A stretch of DNA of 64,000 bases from Oscillospiraceae bacterium (GCA_015063895.1 SVTG01000004.1:18923-82922); one strand, 5' to 3'; counted from the stretch's first letter, positions 27,726 through 36,438 are shown. Made by a program: numbers and translations. The notes: generated by a model from the letters alone, not told the origin.

Positions 27726-28413
27726 ACAGAATATTTCAAATACATTTTTCTATAAAACGCGTCGAAATAATCCAAAACCTCATCCAAATCTATGACGGAA
27801 CTTTTCAAACTCAATTCACAAATAGCTTTAATAAGAACGGGTTTGTAGGAATACTGGATAACTATGCTCGCTGGAAATCTTGTTTTAAGAAATCAACCGG
27901 AACAAAATCCAAATGTATTTCGCCTACAATTCTTCCGTATTGGCTATCAATCGGGTAGTCTTTGATTTCATTCTTAAATTCATCCACATATGTGAAGAAT
28001 GCACTTTTCTCGCTAGGTCTGATTGCTCGTCCATTTCTAATCAAATCAATACCAAACATTGTAGCATGGTCAAATCTTTGAATACCTATCCATCCATGAA
28101 TTCTTTCTTCTATAGAACGGATCATTGTGGACTTGCAAGAAGGACATTCAGAAACCCCTTCCGGTATAATAGTTCTACAGCTACCGCAATGTCTTTGAAC
28201 TCCTACAACTGTATCTATATCCATGCGAGCAGGAATTGGTTTTCCATTGCGCTCAACGAATCTATTGCTTCCCCACACACAGTGTTCAAACGGTTCACAC
28301 GGTATTCTATCAACTAAAATACGAACATTTCTATTTCTAAGAATCTCCTTCTTTGAACCTGACCACATATCGGTATGATTTTGGGCAGTTTGGTATAGAT
28401 AAACGGTGACCAC
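27726..28413 (-). pseudogene. Remnant of a larger zinc-ribbon protein (possibly GHKL/MORC-type, tentative): 5'-truncated, frameshifted near 27865, 3' end cut by integrase 2
   Basis: The 183-aa frame has CGSC...CPSC, FGIDLIRNGRAI and YGRIVGEIHLDFVPV. A +2 frame continues (VIQYSYKPVLIKAICELSLKSSVIDLDEVLDYFDAFYRKMYL...) into the integrase start. No room or sequence exists for an N-terminal domain before the host terminators. Confidence 0.45.
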
Positions 28414-28447
28414 ATATCAATCATTCGGTACTCGGATTTGACCACAT
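28350..28447. repeat. Clustered direct repeats TGACCACAT(ATC)
   Basis: TGACCACATATC at 28350-28361 and 28397-28408, TGACCACATCT at 28429-28439, and degenerate TGACCAT at 28441-28447. Confidence 0.75.
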
Positions 28448-28505
28448 CTTTGACCATAATCAGAACCGGAGTACACGGAGACAAGAGTGCACGAGAGTAT
28501 GAAAA

Positions 28506-28551
28506 AGCCGTTTTTGCGTAGCAGAAAGGGCTAAAAAAAGCAAAAACGGCT
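28506..28551 (-). terminator. Second hairpin/terminator at the island-host boundary
   Basis: 12-bp perfect inverted repeat AGCCGTTTTTGC / GCAAAAACGGCT with a 22-nt loop, followed by T5 on the minus strand. Confidence 0.5.
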
Positions 28552-28589
28552 AAAAAAAGATATATCAATCAGTTGGGGTAATAGCGGTA

Positions 28590-28624
28590 AAATGTAAAAG
28601 TGGCGTTGCGGAGCAACGCCACTT
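28590..28624 (-). terminator. Terminator of the sugar-transferase operon
   Basis: GTGGCGTTGC/GCAACGCCAC stem directly after the TAA stop, followed by UUUUACAUUUU on the minus strand. Confidence 0.75.
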
Positions 28625-29314
28625 TTATTTGGCGCCGGCTTTGGTAAAGACGGCGACCACTGTGCGAAAAAGAATCTTAATATCAAGCAGGAGAGATTGG
28701 TTTTGAGCGTAGTAAAGCTCCATTTTCTGGCGCGCGCCGTTTTCGTAGCAGGCACGGTTACGGGCAAAGGCCTGCCAGTAGCCCGTGAGCCCCGGCTTGA
28801 CCGACAAAAACAGCGCCCGCTCCTCCTTGGTATAATGCCGCTCCAGCTCCTCTTGAAGGACGGGGCGCGGCCCCACCAGCGACATATTACCGCGCAGGAG
28901 CACGTTCCACCACAGCTGCGGCAGCTCGTCAAGCGAGGTGCGGCGCAGGACGGCGCCGAAGCAGCGCCGTCCGTCGCCCGCTTTTTTATAACCGATCAGG
29001 CGGCGGTCATCGGGAAGCTTATATTCAAGGCGATACACGGCAAGCTCATCGGGGGTGAGCATATTTTCTACCTCGTCAGCACCCTTTTTCATCGTGCGGA
29101 ACTTCAGCACCGCCAGACGTGTACCGTTTTGCCCCACGCGCACGTGCCAATAAAAAGGATTTCCGCCGTCGCGCAGCACGATAGCAAGCGCCACCAAAAC
29201 CGAGAGCGGTAACAGGCAAAGAGAAAGCACAAGCGACAGTACAATGTCGCAAAGGCGGCGCACAAAAGCAGTAAAACGCCCCCCGTTAGGCGCTGTATTC
29301 TTACTTTTTGTCAT
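28625..29314 (-). CDS. Undecaprenyl-phosphate sugar-1-phosphate transferase (bacterial sugar transferase family; EpsL/WbaP C-terminal type)
   Basis: LRRTSLDELPQLWWNVLLRGNMSLVGPRP and GLTGYWQ motifs. The start was taken at ATG 29314 after AAGGAAG. Confidence 0.9.
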   Translation of the reverse strand: MTKSKNTAPNGGRFTAFVRRLCDIVLSLVLSLCLLPLSVLVALAIVLRDGGNPFYWHVRVGQNGTRLAVLKFRTMKKGADEVENMLTPDELAVYRLEYKLPDDRRLIGYKKAGDGRRCFGAVLRRTSLDELPQLWWNVLLRGNMSLVGPRPVLQEELERHYTKEERALFLSVKPGLTGYWQAFARNRACYENGARQKMELYYAQNQSLLLDIKILFRTVVAVFTKAGAK

Positions 29315-29960
29315 CTTCCTTAGCGGGAACAACAGCCGTTGTCTGCGGGGACTGCTTGGCACTCTTTTTCTTCTTCTTTTCCTGGCGCTTAGCGCTACCT
29401 GCGCGGCGATTTTGTGCCGTAGCGTAGCCGAAAATAGCAGCCATCACAGCGGAGATCGCGCCGATCACAAACAGGAAATATTTATCGGGGATCGAGGGGC
29501 TGGCCATCTGCCATACACCAAAGGCGCACACCAGTATGTAAAGGCAAAGCGCCCAAAGCGGCACCTTTTTTTGTGCCGCACTCCCCTGCAGACGGTAGGC
29601 GTGAATGATCTCCACAGCGCCGCGCAGCCACACGGCAAGACCCACCACCGAGCAGACCTGCAGCGCGGAGAAAAAGGGCACGTTTACCTGTGCACAAACA
29701 AGACCGACAATGGTGAGGATCAAGAGCGCGATCTCCACGCCCACGAAGATCTGCACCACGCCACGACGGCGTGTCAGCATCGGGAAAAGCGTGAACACCA
29801 TATAAACGGCAAGCACGATAGCCACCAGCAAATGCAAAATATCCTGTGCCAGCGTCACGCCCTTGACGCCCAAGGCGCCCAGGAACATTAAAACGGCCAG
29901 CATAACCAGCAAAATACAGGTGATCATCGTAAAGATCCAGTTTTTCATCAATTTTTGCAT
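29301..29960 (-). CDS. Polytopic membrane protein with a lysine-rich tail, function unknown
   Basis: About 6 TM segments. The ATG at 29960 is preceded by AAAGGAG, and the upstream part of the tracked ORF is implausible. Same operon as the sugar transferase. Confidence 0.55.
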   Translation of the reverse strand: MQKLMKNWIFTMITCILLVMLAVLMFLGALGVKGVTLAQDILHLLVAIVLAVYMVFTLFPMLTRRRGVVQIFVGVEIALLILTIVGLVCAQVNVPFFSALQVCSVVGLAVWLRGAVEIIHAYRLQGSAAQKKVPLWALCLYILVCAFGVWQMASPSIPDKYFLFVIGAISAVMAAIFGYATAQNRRAGSAKRQEKKKKKSAKQSPQTTAVVPAKEDDKK

Positions 29961-29973
29961 CACAAATCTCCTT

Positions 29974-30861
29974 TCAACGGTACCCATCGTACCCGTAGTC
30001 ATAGTCGTCTTCTTCGTTTTCATTTTCATTTTCGATCGGCACGGGCAGCTGCGATCTGCCTTCACCGAAGAACATACGCACCAGGTACACCAAGGCACCG
30101 AACAGCAATGCCGCCGCGGCAAAAATGAGCACGACGATATACAGTGCCGTCACGGCAGTGGCAAAGGTGCGGAAGCCCGTGAGTATCAAGCGCCTTGCAC
30201 GGGCATCAAACAGCGCCGTAACAGCCGCAAATGCAAGCGCTAAGGCTGCATACAGCAGCATACCCGAAAAGGCACTGTAAAGGTCATCAAGCGACACGTA
30301 AACGCCAAGCGAAAGCACCAACAGCAGCAGGCACCCTGCGACCTTGGCAAAAATACCGCTGCCGCCCTCGCGGAACAGCGACGGGAAAAAGCCGAGTGCC
30401 AATTTGGCATATTCACCAAAGCCTGCCTCGCCTTCCACCAGCACCTCGGTTGCTGCCGAAAGCTCGGCAAAGGCACCCGAAAAGCAGACCTGGATCACCA
30501 GCATACATAAAAACAACCCCAACACCGCGGGCATTACGGCAAACAAATAATTGCCGAACACCGCCACGGGATTTTTGCGATCGTAATCATGCTCGACAAA
30601 GCCGAGCTCCCCTTCGGGATCGTGAGGATTGAGCAAGCAGAAATCCTGCACGTGATGAAAGGTGATCATACATGCCACCAGGTGCGCGAACTCGCGCAAG
30701 GGTGTGAGGATCACATGCAGACCAAACAAAATAGGTCTGCCACGCCCCGTGCCCACCAACGAGCAGAAGGTGCGGTTGCAAAAATATACCGCAATGCCAA
30801 ACCCTAACGGCAGGGCGGCGGTAAATATAATAATTTGTAAATAGTATTCGAGAAAGGTCAT
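29974..30861 (-). CDS. Polytopic membrane protein with an acidic NENENEEDDYDYGYDGYR tail, function unknown
   Basis: RBS AAAGGAG 5 nt before the ATG; 7-8 TM segments; first gene of the three-gene operon. Confidence 0.55.
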   Translation of the reverse strand: MTFLEYYLQIIIFTAALPLGFGIAVYFCNRTFCSLVGTGRGRPILFGLHVILTPLREFAHLVACMITFHHVQDFCLLNPHDPEGELGFVEHDYDRKNPVAVFGNYLFAVMPAVLGLFLCMLVIQVCFSGAFAELSAATEVLVEGEAGFGEYAKLALGFFPSLFREGGSGIFAKVAGCLLLLVLSLGVYVSLDDLYSAFSGMLLYAALALAFAAVTALFDARARRLILTGFRTFATAVTALYIVVLIFAAAALLFGALVYLVRMFFGEGRSQLPVPIENENENEEDDYDYGYDGYR

Positions 30862-30896
30862 ATTTCTCCTTTACAGGGCTTGTTAATTCGTACCGC

Positions 30897-30925
30897 TTGA
30901 CAAACAAACAAGCGCGTGCTATAAT
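30897..30925 (+). promoter_or_regulatory. rnpB promoter
   Basis: TTGACA (30897-30902), 17 nt, TGcTATAAT (-10 at 30920-30925). Confidence 0.8.
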
Positions 30926-30930
30926 GATGA

Positions 30931-31284
30931 GCGACTTCACCAAACGGCCGCGCGGTATGTTGCCGAAAGGTATTACCGTGAGGAAAGTCCGGGCTTCATA
31001 GGGCAGGATAGCTGATAACGTCAGCCGCAGGCGACTGCCGGGAAAGTGCAACAGAAATAAACCGCCCCATCTTTGGGGTAAGGATGGAAAGGCGAGGTAA
31101 GAGCTCACCCACTCCTATGGTAACATAGGTTTGCTGTAAACCCTATCCGAAGCAACACCGCACGGGGACGTTGGCCCGACGTTGTCCCCTTGGTGGCACG
31201 GGAGTGATCCCGAAGGTTTGCGGTGACGCAAATCGCAGATAGATGGCCGTTCACGACAGAACCCGGCTTATCGGTGGAGTCCTT
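30931..31284 (+). ncRNA. rnpB: RNase P RNA, bacterial type A
   Basis: GAGGAAAGUCCGGGC at 30980-30994, AGUGCAACAGAAA, GGUAAGAGCUCACC and ACAGAACCCGGCUUAUCGG at the 3' end. The whole sequence is colinear with E. coli M1 RNA. P1 pairs 30933-30941 with 31273-31281. The ends are good to about 5 nt. Confidence 0.95.
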
Positions 31285-31287
31285 TAT

Positions 31288-31321
31288 AACCGCAAGGCAG
31301 ATGCCTTGCGGTTATTTTTTT
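31288..31321 (+). terminator. rnpB terminator (abuts the ftsK stop)
   Basis: AACCGCAAGG/CCTTGCGGTT 10-bp stem, 6-nt loop, T7. Confidence 0.85.
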
Positions 31322-34300
31322 AGCTGTAATCGTTAAAATCGTCGGTATCCCCCTCGTCCTCAGCGGCAAGGTGATTCAGATACCCTTGTGCCGCAGGCAG
31401 GATCTGACGCGGCTTGTTGCCCTCAGAGGCGCTGACAAGGCCCAGCTCCTCCATACGGTCAATGATCTTGGCGGCACGGCCGTAGCCTACGCCAAGGCGG
31501 CGCTGCAGGAGCGAGGTAGCAACCTTTTGCGTGTCAATGGCCAGCTTGACAGCCTCCACAAACTTGGGATCCTCACCGCTGTCATCATCATCGCCAAAGT
31601 CATCAAAGTCGGCCTTCTTGCCGTTGTTTTGCGCCTTAGCCATTTCGATCTCGATCTGATCCATAAAGGCCTGATTATACTGTACGGGGTCATTGTTTTT
31701 ACGCACAAAGGAGATCACACGGTCAAGCTCCCCGTCGGACACAAACGCGCCCTGGATACGCACGGGAGCCTTATCCTGCGAGTTGGTTGCCATATACAGC
31801 ATATCGCCGCGACCCGTCAGTGCCTCGGCACCGTTGACGTCAAGAATGGTACGCGAGTCGACCTGCTGCTTGACCATAAAGGCGATACGCGAGGGGATAT
31901 TGGTCTTGAGCTTACCCGTAATCACGTCGACCGAGGGGCGCTGCGTACCGATGATCAGGTGAATACCCGCAGCACGTGCCTTTTGCGCGAGGCGACAGGT
32001 AAAGTTCTCGGGGTCGTTATTTGAGCAGCTCATCTTAAGGTCGGCAAACTCATCGATGACGATGATCATATACGGCAGATGCTCGCGGTCGGGATCGTTT
32101 GCCACTGCCGCATTATAGGATTCGATATTACGCACACCCACGTCCTTGATCAGCTGGAAGCGGCGCTCCATCTCCTGCACGGCACAGGCAAGCGCACCCG
32201 CTGCACGCTGCATATCGGTGACGATCGGCATATACAGATGCGGCACGTGCTCGTAAGGGGCAAATTCGATCTGCTTGGGATCGATCAAAATCAGACGCAG
32301 ATCCTTCGGGGAGGTCTTATAAATCAGGCTGACGAGGATCGAGTTGATGCATACCGATTTACCCGAGCCGGTGGTACCTGCCACCAGAAGGTGCGGCATC
32401 TTGACCAGATTGCACATACGCACGCTGCCGCCAACGTCAAGGCCGAGCGGCACCTCCAGAGGATCGGTGGAATTTTTATATTCCGCCGATTCAAGCATCG
32501 TGCGCATATACACGGTCTCGCGCACCTTGTTGGGCACCTCCACGCCAATGGCGGGCTTGCCGGGGATCGGTGCCTCAATACGCACGGAGGAGGCCAGATT
32601 CAGGGAAATATCGTCCTGGCGGTTTGTCACCGATCGCACGCTGGTACCTGCCACGGGGCGCAGCTCGTAGCGTGTGATCGAGGGACCGTGCGAATACGCA
32701 ATTTCGTCCTGAATATGAATATTAAAGCTTTCAAGCGTATTGCGCAAAATATCCTTAGTCTCCTCGATCTCCTCATAAAAATCGTCGTTGCGAAGGTTTT
32801 TGTCCTCATTGAGCAAGGAAATGGGGGGACGCATATATTCACGCGGCGGCACCTCGGGTGCGGGGGGCGGCGTATCCTTTACGGGCGCCTGCTGGACAAC
32901 GGGGCGCGCCACACGGACAGGCGCCGCTTGCTGCACGGGAGGTGTGAAGCTCGGTGCCGCAGGCACGCGCTGAGGCGCGACCGACTCACGGCGCACCTCC
33001 ACGGTGGGAGCCGCAGGTGCCGCGGGCGTCTCGCGCACCGTGCCAAAGTCAAAATAATCGTCCTGTGCCGCGTCCTGCACCGATTGCGATATGCCATCGT
33101 CCTCAAAATCATCGGCAGCAGGCGCGGTCGTCGGTGCGGTGGCGGTATACGGCTCGTGAACGGCCGACACGGGCGCCACGATATCATCGGCAGCAGTAAC
33201 GGTATGCTCTATATCGGTAGCAATATCCTCAGCAGGAGTAGGCGTGCCGAAAAGCTCGTCCAACACGCTTTGTGCATCGGCAGCACCGTCGTCTGCGGGC
33301 TCCTCCTCAAACAGATCGGCCAGGCTCCCGATATCGCCGCGCGTGCTCGTATGCATCACGGGCGCTACGGGCTCCGCTACGGGCTTCACGGGCGAGGGGG
33401 CAGGTGTTGCGGTCACGTAAGAGGGCGACTGTGCCGAGGGCACCGTCGCGGCCGCAGGACGAGAGGGAAAGGGTGCTGCGGGTGTGGGCACGTAGGGGGT
33501 CTGTCGGATATTGCCAAGCGTTTCTTCCTCACCGACCGTCTGTGTCGGCGTTGCCACACTCACCGCGGGAGCTGCCGGCGTTTCAGCGGCATAGGTGTCG
33601 CTGACAGCGGTCGAAGTATTTTGCGCATGCGGTGCGATCACGATATGGCTGTGATCGGGCGCTTCAGCGCGGGCACGCTTGGGCTCGGGGCGCACGGGAA
33701 GCGCGAAGGGGGCGTAATAGCTTGCCGTATCTTTTGCCGCAGTCTGTAACGTCTGCGGTGCAGCGGGGGCTGCTGCGGCAGTACCCGTTTCACCCGTCAT
33801 ATCGCGCAGCAGCGCCTCAACGGTGCGATTGGCAGCGGCACGTGCCTCAGGTGTCGTAGCGGGGGGCGCCGTCGGCGCGCTCGTTTCTACGATCTCGGGC
33901 TCGTCATCGGGAATATCCAATATCTCCAGCACGTCGGCGTTGCGACGCTTTGGCTGCTTTTCCGACGTGGGCAACGGATCCTCGGATGCTGCGACCTTCT
34001 CCTGCTCGGACAGGGGCTCGGCATCGTCAATGATCTCGTCATCTTCCTTTTCGCCGAAATCATACACGGCACCGTGAGAAAGCGGCTGCGGCTTTTTCCA
34101 TACCGGCTCTGCGCCTTCCCCACCCTTACCGAGTGCGGCTCTTGCAGGCGCTGCGGTAAGGCCTCCACCGTTGGCGCCACGCTCCTCGCGGCGACGTGCG
34201 CGGCTCATCTGCATTTTGGCGTTGATGCGCTGATACAGGACGCTCGGCGTCAGCCCTACAAGATAAATGCCGATGATCACCAAAAGCGGAATAGCCAGCA

Positions 34301-35312
34301 AGCAGGTGCCGGGCAAGCGCAGGCAAAAGCCAAGCCATTCGCCGACAAAGCCGCCAAGCAAGCCGCCACCCACCAGCTCCTGCCCCGCGGAGAGCAATGC
34401 CGCAGGCTCGGTCATGCAGCGCGCACGGTCAAGATCCTGAAAGACGTGGATAATACCCGAGAGCAGCAACAAAAATGCCGCTGACAAAAAGATCTTTTTG
34501 CCAAGGATCCCTTCGCGCACAAAGCGCTTCCAACGCAGGGCCAGCACGCACAAAAACAGCGGCAGCACGTAGGCACCGATGCCAAGCAAGCGGCAAAGAA
34601 AATCCGCCAGCCAGTTACCGAAGGCCCCCGCCGAGGCGGAAAGGCCCGCAAGATCACGCAAAATAAAGCTGACAGCGGCAAACAGCGCCACCCAGAACAT
34701 GACGTAAGGGATCACCTGATGTGCAAACAGCTCGGTTTGTCCATCCGTCGGCTTAGCAACACGCGTCGATGCTTTTTTCTCGCGGCGCGGAGCACGCGCT
34801 CTTTCATTGTTGCTCTCACGCGTCTCGCGGCGTGTATCCCGCGCTTCTTCTCGGTCGTCACGGTAGTCACGGCGGTCATCACGGTAGTCGCGGCGCTCGT
34901 CGCGGTAGTCGCGGCGATCGTCACGATAATCGCGGCGGTCATCACGGTAGTCGCGGCGGTCATCACGGTAGTCGCGGCGCTCGTCACGGTAGTCGCGGCG
35001 CTCATCGCGGTAGTCGCGGCGCTCGTCGCGGTAGTCGCGGCGGTCGTCGCGGTAGTCGCGGCGCTCGTCGCGGTAGTCGCGGCGCTCATCGCGGTAATCA
35101 CGGCGCTCGTCGCGGTAGTCGCGGCGGTCGTCGCGGTAATCACGGCGGTCACGGGGATCGTCACGCTCGCTTTGCTGATTATCCTCATCAAAAGCACGAA
35201 TACGCTCGGCACGCTGCTCACGAGGCGCGGCACCAAATAATTTTGTGCCGCTGCGTCGCGTAACACGCCCGCGCGCGGTGCTTTGCTTTTGCTTTTGCTT
35301 GTCCTCCCGCAT
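31320..35312 (-). CDS. ftsK: DNA translocase FtsK/SpoIIIE with a repeat-bearing N-terminal extension and a long Pro/Ala-rich linker
   Basis: Walker A GTTGSGKSVCIN, Walker B MIIVIDEFADL, and a gamma wHTH LLQRRLGVGYGRAAKIIDRMEELGLV. Four TM segments follow the repeats. The start was taken at ATG 35312 (MREDKQ) after GGAAAGGGAG. Confidence 0.9.
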   Translation of the reverse strand: MREDKQKQKQSTARGRVTRRSGTKLFGAAPREQRAERIRAFDEDNQQSERDDPRDRRDYRDDRRDYRDERRDYRDERRDYRDERRDYRDDRRDYRDERRDYRDERRDYRDERRDYRDDRRDYRDDRRDYRDDRRDYRDERRDYRDDRRDYRDDREEARDTRRETRESNNERARAPRREKKASTRVAKPTDGQTELFAHQVIPYVMFWVALFAAVSFILRDLAGLSASAGAFGNWLADFLCRLLGIGAYVLPLFLCVLALRWKRFVREGILGKKIFLSAAFLLLLSGIIHVFQDLDRARCMTEPAALLSAGQELVGGGLLGGFVGEWLGFCLRLPGTCLLAIPLLVIIGIYLVGLTPSVLYQRINAKMQMSRARRREERGANGGGLTAAPARAALGKGGEGAEPVWKKPQPLSHGAVYDFGEKEDDEIIDDAEPLSEQEKVAASEDPLPTSEKQPKRRNADVLEILDIPDDEPEIVETSAPTAPPATTPEARAAANRTVEALLRDMTGETGTAAAAPAAPQTLQTAAKDTASYYAPFALPVRPEPKRARAEAPDHSHIVIAPHAQNTSTAVSDTYAAETPAAPAVSVATPTQTVGEEETLGNIRQTPYVPTPAAPFPSRPAAATVPSAQSPSYVTATPAPSPVKPVAEPVAPVMHTSTRGDIGSLADLFEEEPADDGAADAQSVLDELFGTPTPAEDIATDIEHTVTAADDIVAPVSAVHEPYTATAPTTAPAADDFEDDGISQSVQDAAQDDYFDFGTVRETPAAPAAPTVEVRRESVAPQRVPAAPSFTPPVQQAAPVRVARPVVQQAPVKDTPPPAPEVPPREYMRPPISLLNEDKNLRNDDFYEEIEETKDILRNTLESFNIHIQDEIAYSHGPSITRYELRPVAGTSVRSVTNRQDDISLNLASSVRIEAPIPGKPAIGVEVPNKVRETVYMRTMLESAEYKNSTDPLEVPLGLDVGGSVRMCNLVKMPHLLVAGTTGSGKSVCINSILVSLIYKTSPKDLRLILIDPKQIEFAPYEHVPHLYMPIVTDMQRAAGALACAVQEMERRFQLIKDVGVRNIESYNAAVANDPDREHLPYMIIVIDEFADLKMSCSNNDPENFTCRLAQKARAAGIHLIIGTQRPSVDVITGKLKTNIPSRIAFMVKQQVDSRTILDVNGAEALTGRGDMLYMATNSQDKAPVRIQGAFVSDGELDRVISFVRKNNDPVQYNQAFMDQIEIEMAKAQNNGKKADFDDFGDDDDSGEDPKFVEAVKLAIDTQKVATSLLQRRLGVGYGRAAKIIDRMEELGLVSASEGNKPRQILPAAQGYLNHLAAEDEGDTDDFNDYS
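34857..35150 (-). repeat. About 14 tandem copies of a 21-bp unit encoding RRDYRD[D/E] inside ftsK
   Basis: The plus strand reads (CGGTAGTCGCGGCGCTCGTCG)n with only synonymous or D/E variation. In frame, it codes for residues 55 to about 152. Confidence 0.9.
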
Positions 35313-35498
35313 AGCTGCTCCCTTTCCAAAAACTCGTATTTTCTGTCTTGCATGATGCCGCACCGCTTCATTCATACTATGAAGTGGAAACGGCACCGAT
35401 AAAATTCCATTATATAGTATAACACTTTTAATTCTTATATACAAGAACATATTTTAATATTTTTAGGACATATTTACGCGAATTTTACGAGGTGTTAT

Positions 35499-35873
35499 AT
35501 GAAAAACAGCAAAAAAACCTACCCCGTTTTGCTGCTAATCGGTTTTTTGGCAGGTCTTACCAACGGTTTACTGGGCGCGGCAGGCGGCATCGTGATCGTG
35601 ATGGGGTTGCGTGCGTTTTTAACAAAAAAGGTGGCAAACGGGCGCAGTTTTTACACCACAGCCTTAGCCGTGATGCTGCCACTTTCGATCCTCACGGCCA
35701 TGCAATACGCGCGCGGCGGACACTTGGGGGCACTTCCCCCCGAGGTCGTTGTATTTCCCTCTGTGCTGGGCGGTGCGCTTGGTGCGTGGCTCCTGCCCTA
35801 TCTGAAGCCAACGCTCCTGCACCGTATTTTTGCGGTGCTTATCCTGATCTCGGGCATTTTACTGGCGGTGTAA
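35499..35873 (+). CDS. Half-size TSUP (TauE/SafE) family membrane protein, N-half type
   Basis: 124 aa, 4 TM segments, LLIGFLAGLTNGLLGAAGGIVIV motif. Confidence 0.7.
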   Translation: MKNSKKTYPVLLLIGFLAGLTNGLLGAAGGIVIVMGLRAFLTKKVANGRSFYTTALAVMLPLSILTAMQYARGGHLGALPPEVVVFPSVLGGALGAWLLPYLKPTLLHRIFAVLILISGILLAV

Positions 35874-35877
35874 AAAG

Positions 35878-36225
35878 ATGCTGACTGCGATCGTAATATT
35901 TTTTCTCTCCGTGCTCTCCGGTATGGGGGTTGGCAGCGCGGGGCTGCTTGTAACGTGGCTGACCGTTGCCTGTCATTCCCCCCAGCTGGTGGCACAGGGG
36001 GTAAACCTGATCTACTTTATTTTTTCTGCGGGCGCCGCGCTTGTGTTACACGTATTTCGCACCCCGTTATTATGGAAATGCATTCTTTTTCTGCTCCCCG
36101 CCGGGATCCTTGGCAGTCTGCTCGGGGTGCGTCTGGCCCTATGGCTGCCCGAGGAGCTGCTGCGACGGCTGTTTGGTTGGGCGCTGATCCTGATCGGCGG
36201 CAGCGGACTGTTTCGCCAAAGATAG
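35878..36225 (+). CDS. Half-size TSUP (TauE/SafE) family membrane protein, second half
   Basis: 115 aa, 4 TM segments, FFLSVLSGMGVGSAGLLV motif. It starts 4 nt after the previous stop. Confidence 0.7.
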   Translation: MLTAIVIFFLSVLSGMGVGSAGLLVTWLTVACHSPQLVAQGVNLIYFIFSAGAALVLHVFRTPLLWKCILFLLPAGILGSLLGVRLALWLPEELLRRLFGWALILIGGSGLFRQR

Positions 36226-36305
36226 CAAGCCCGCATTTCAGCTGATGATCGGTCACGGTTTTCTTATAATATAATAAATTTAATAAAAAAATTTTCAAAA
36301 AAACC

Positions 36306-36334
36306 TTTACAAACAAAAAAGATTGTGGTATAAT
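36306..36334 (+). promoter_or_regulatory. rpsO promoter
   Basis: TTTACA (36306-36311), 17 nt, TGgTATAAT (-10 at 36329-36334). A roughly 100-nt GC-rich leader follows. Confidence 0.7.
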
Positions 36335-36438
36335 AGTTCCCGCATGACGCTTTCTCGGTCACAGGACAACGCCGTTAACGGCATTCACCAGCCTGCCGCT
36401 GGGATCGCGCTGTAATAAAAGAAAGGTGAAAAAATACC

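Larger units (their letters stand above)
22246..28590. mobile_element. Degraded composite integrative-element remnant (AT-richer mosaic island)
   Basis: Composition drops relative to both flanks (60-nt spot counts of 45%, 55% and 33% against 57% in the host). It holds two tyrosine integrases, an XRE repressor, a sigma/anti-sigma pair and at least four truncated or frameshifted genes. No att duplication was identified. Confidence 0.65.

Noticed and set aside
28314-28568. 84-aa ORF (MIYLFLAVFAFF...) at the island edge
   Set aside because: It has no RBS, overlaps the TGACCACAT repeats and the boundary hairpin, and its composition is driven by A/T runs.
30587-31108. 173-aa ORF on the minus strand
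   Set aside because: It overlaps the RNase P RNA gene (30931-31284) and its promoter, so the RNA assignment explains the conservation-like openness.
31371-33749. 217-aa and 556-aa ORFs antisense to ftsK
   Set aside because: Shadow frames opposite the motor and linker regions; Arg/Gly/His-rich and implausible.
34857-35150. Possibility that the 21-bp tandem array is a CRISPR or other spacer-containing array
   Set aside because: The units are contiguous with no spacers. They stay in frame with ftsK and encode a clean heptad.
34712-35371. Three overlapping ORFs (219, 173 and 164 aa) rich in A/T/V or R/G/H repeats
   Set aside because: They are generated by reading the ftsK 21-bp tandem array in other frames and on the other strand. 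The periodic composition is not independent evidence of coding.
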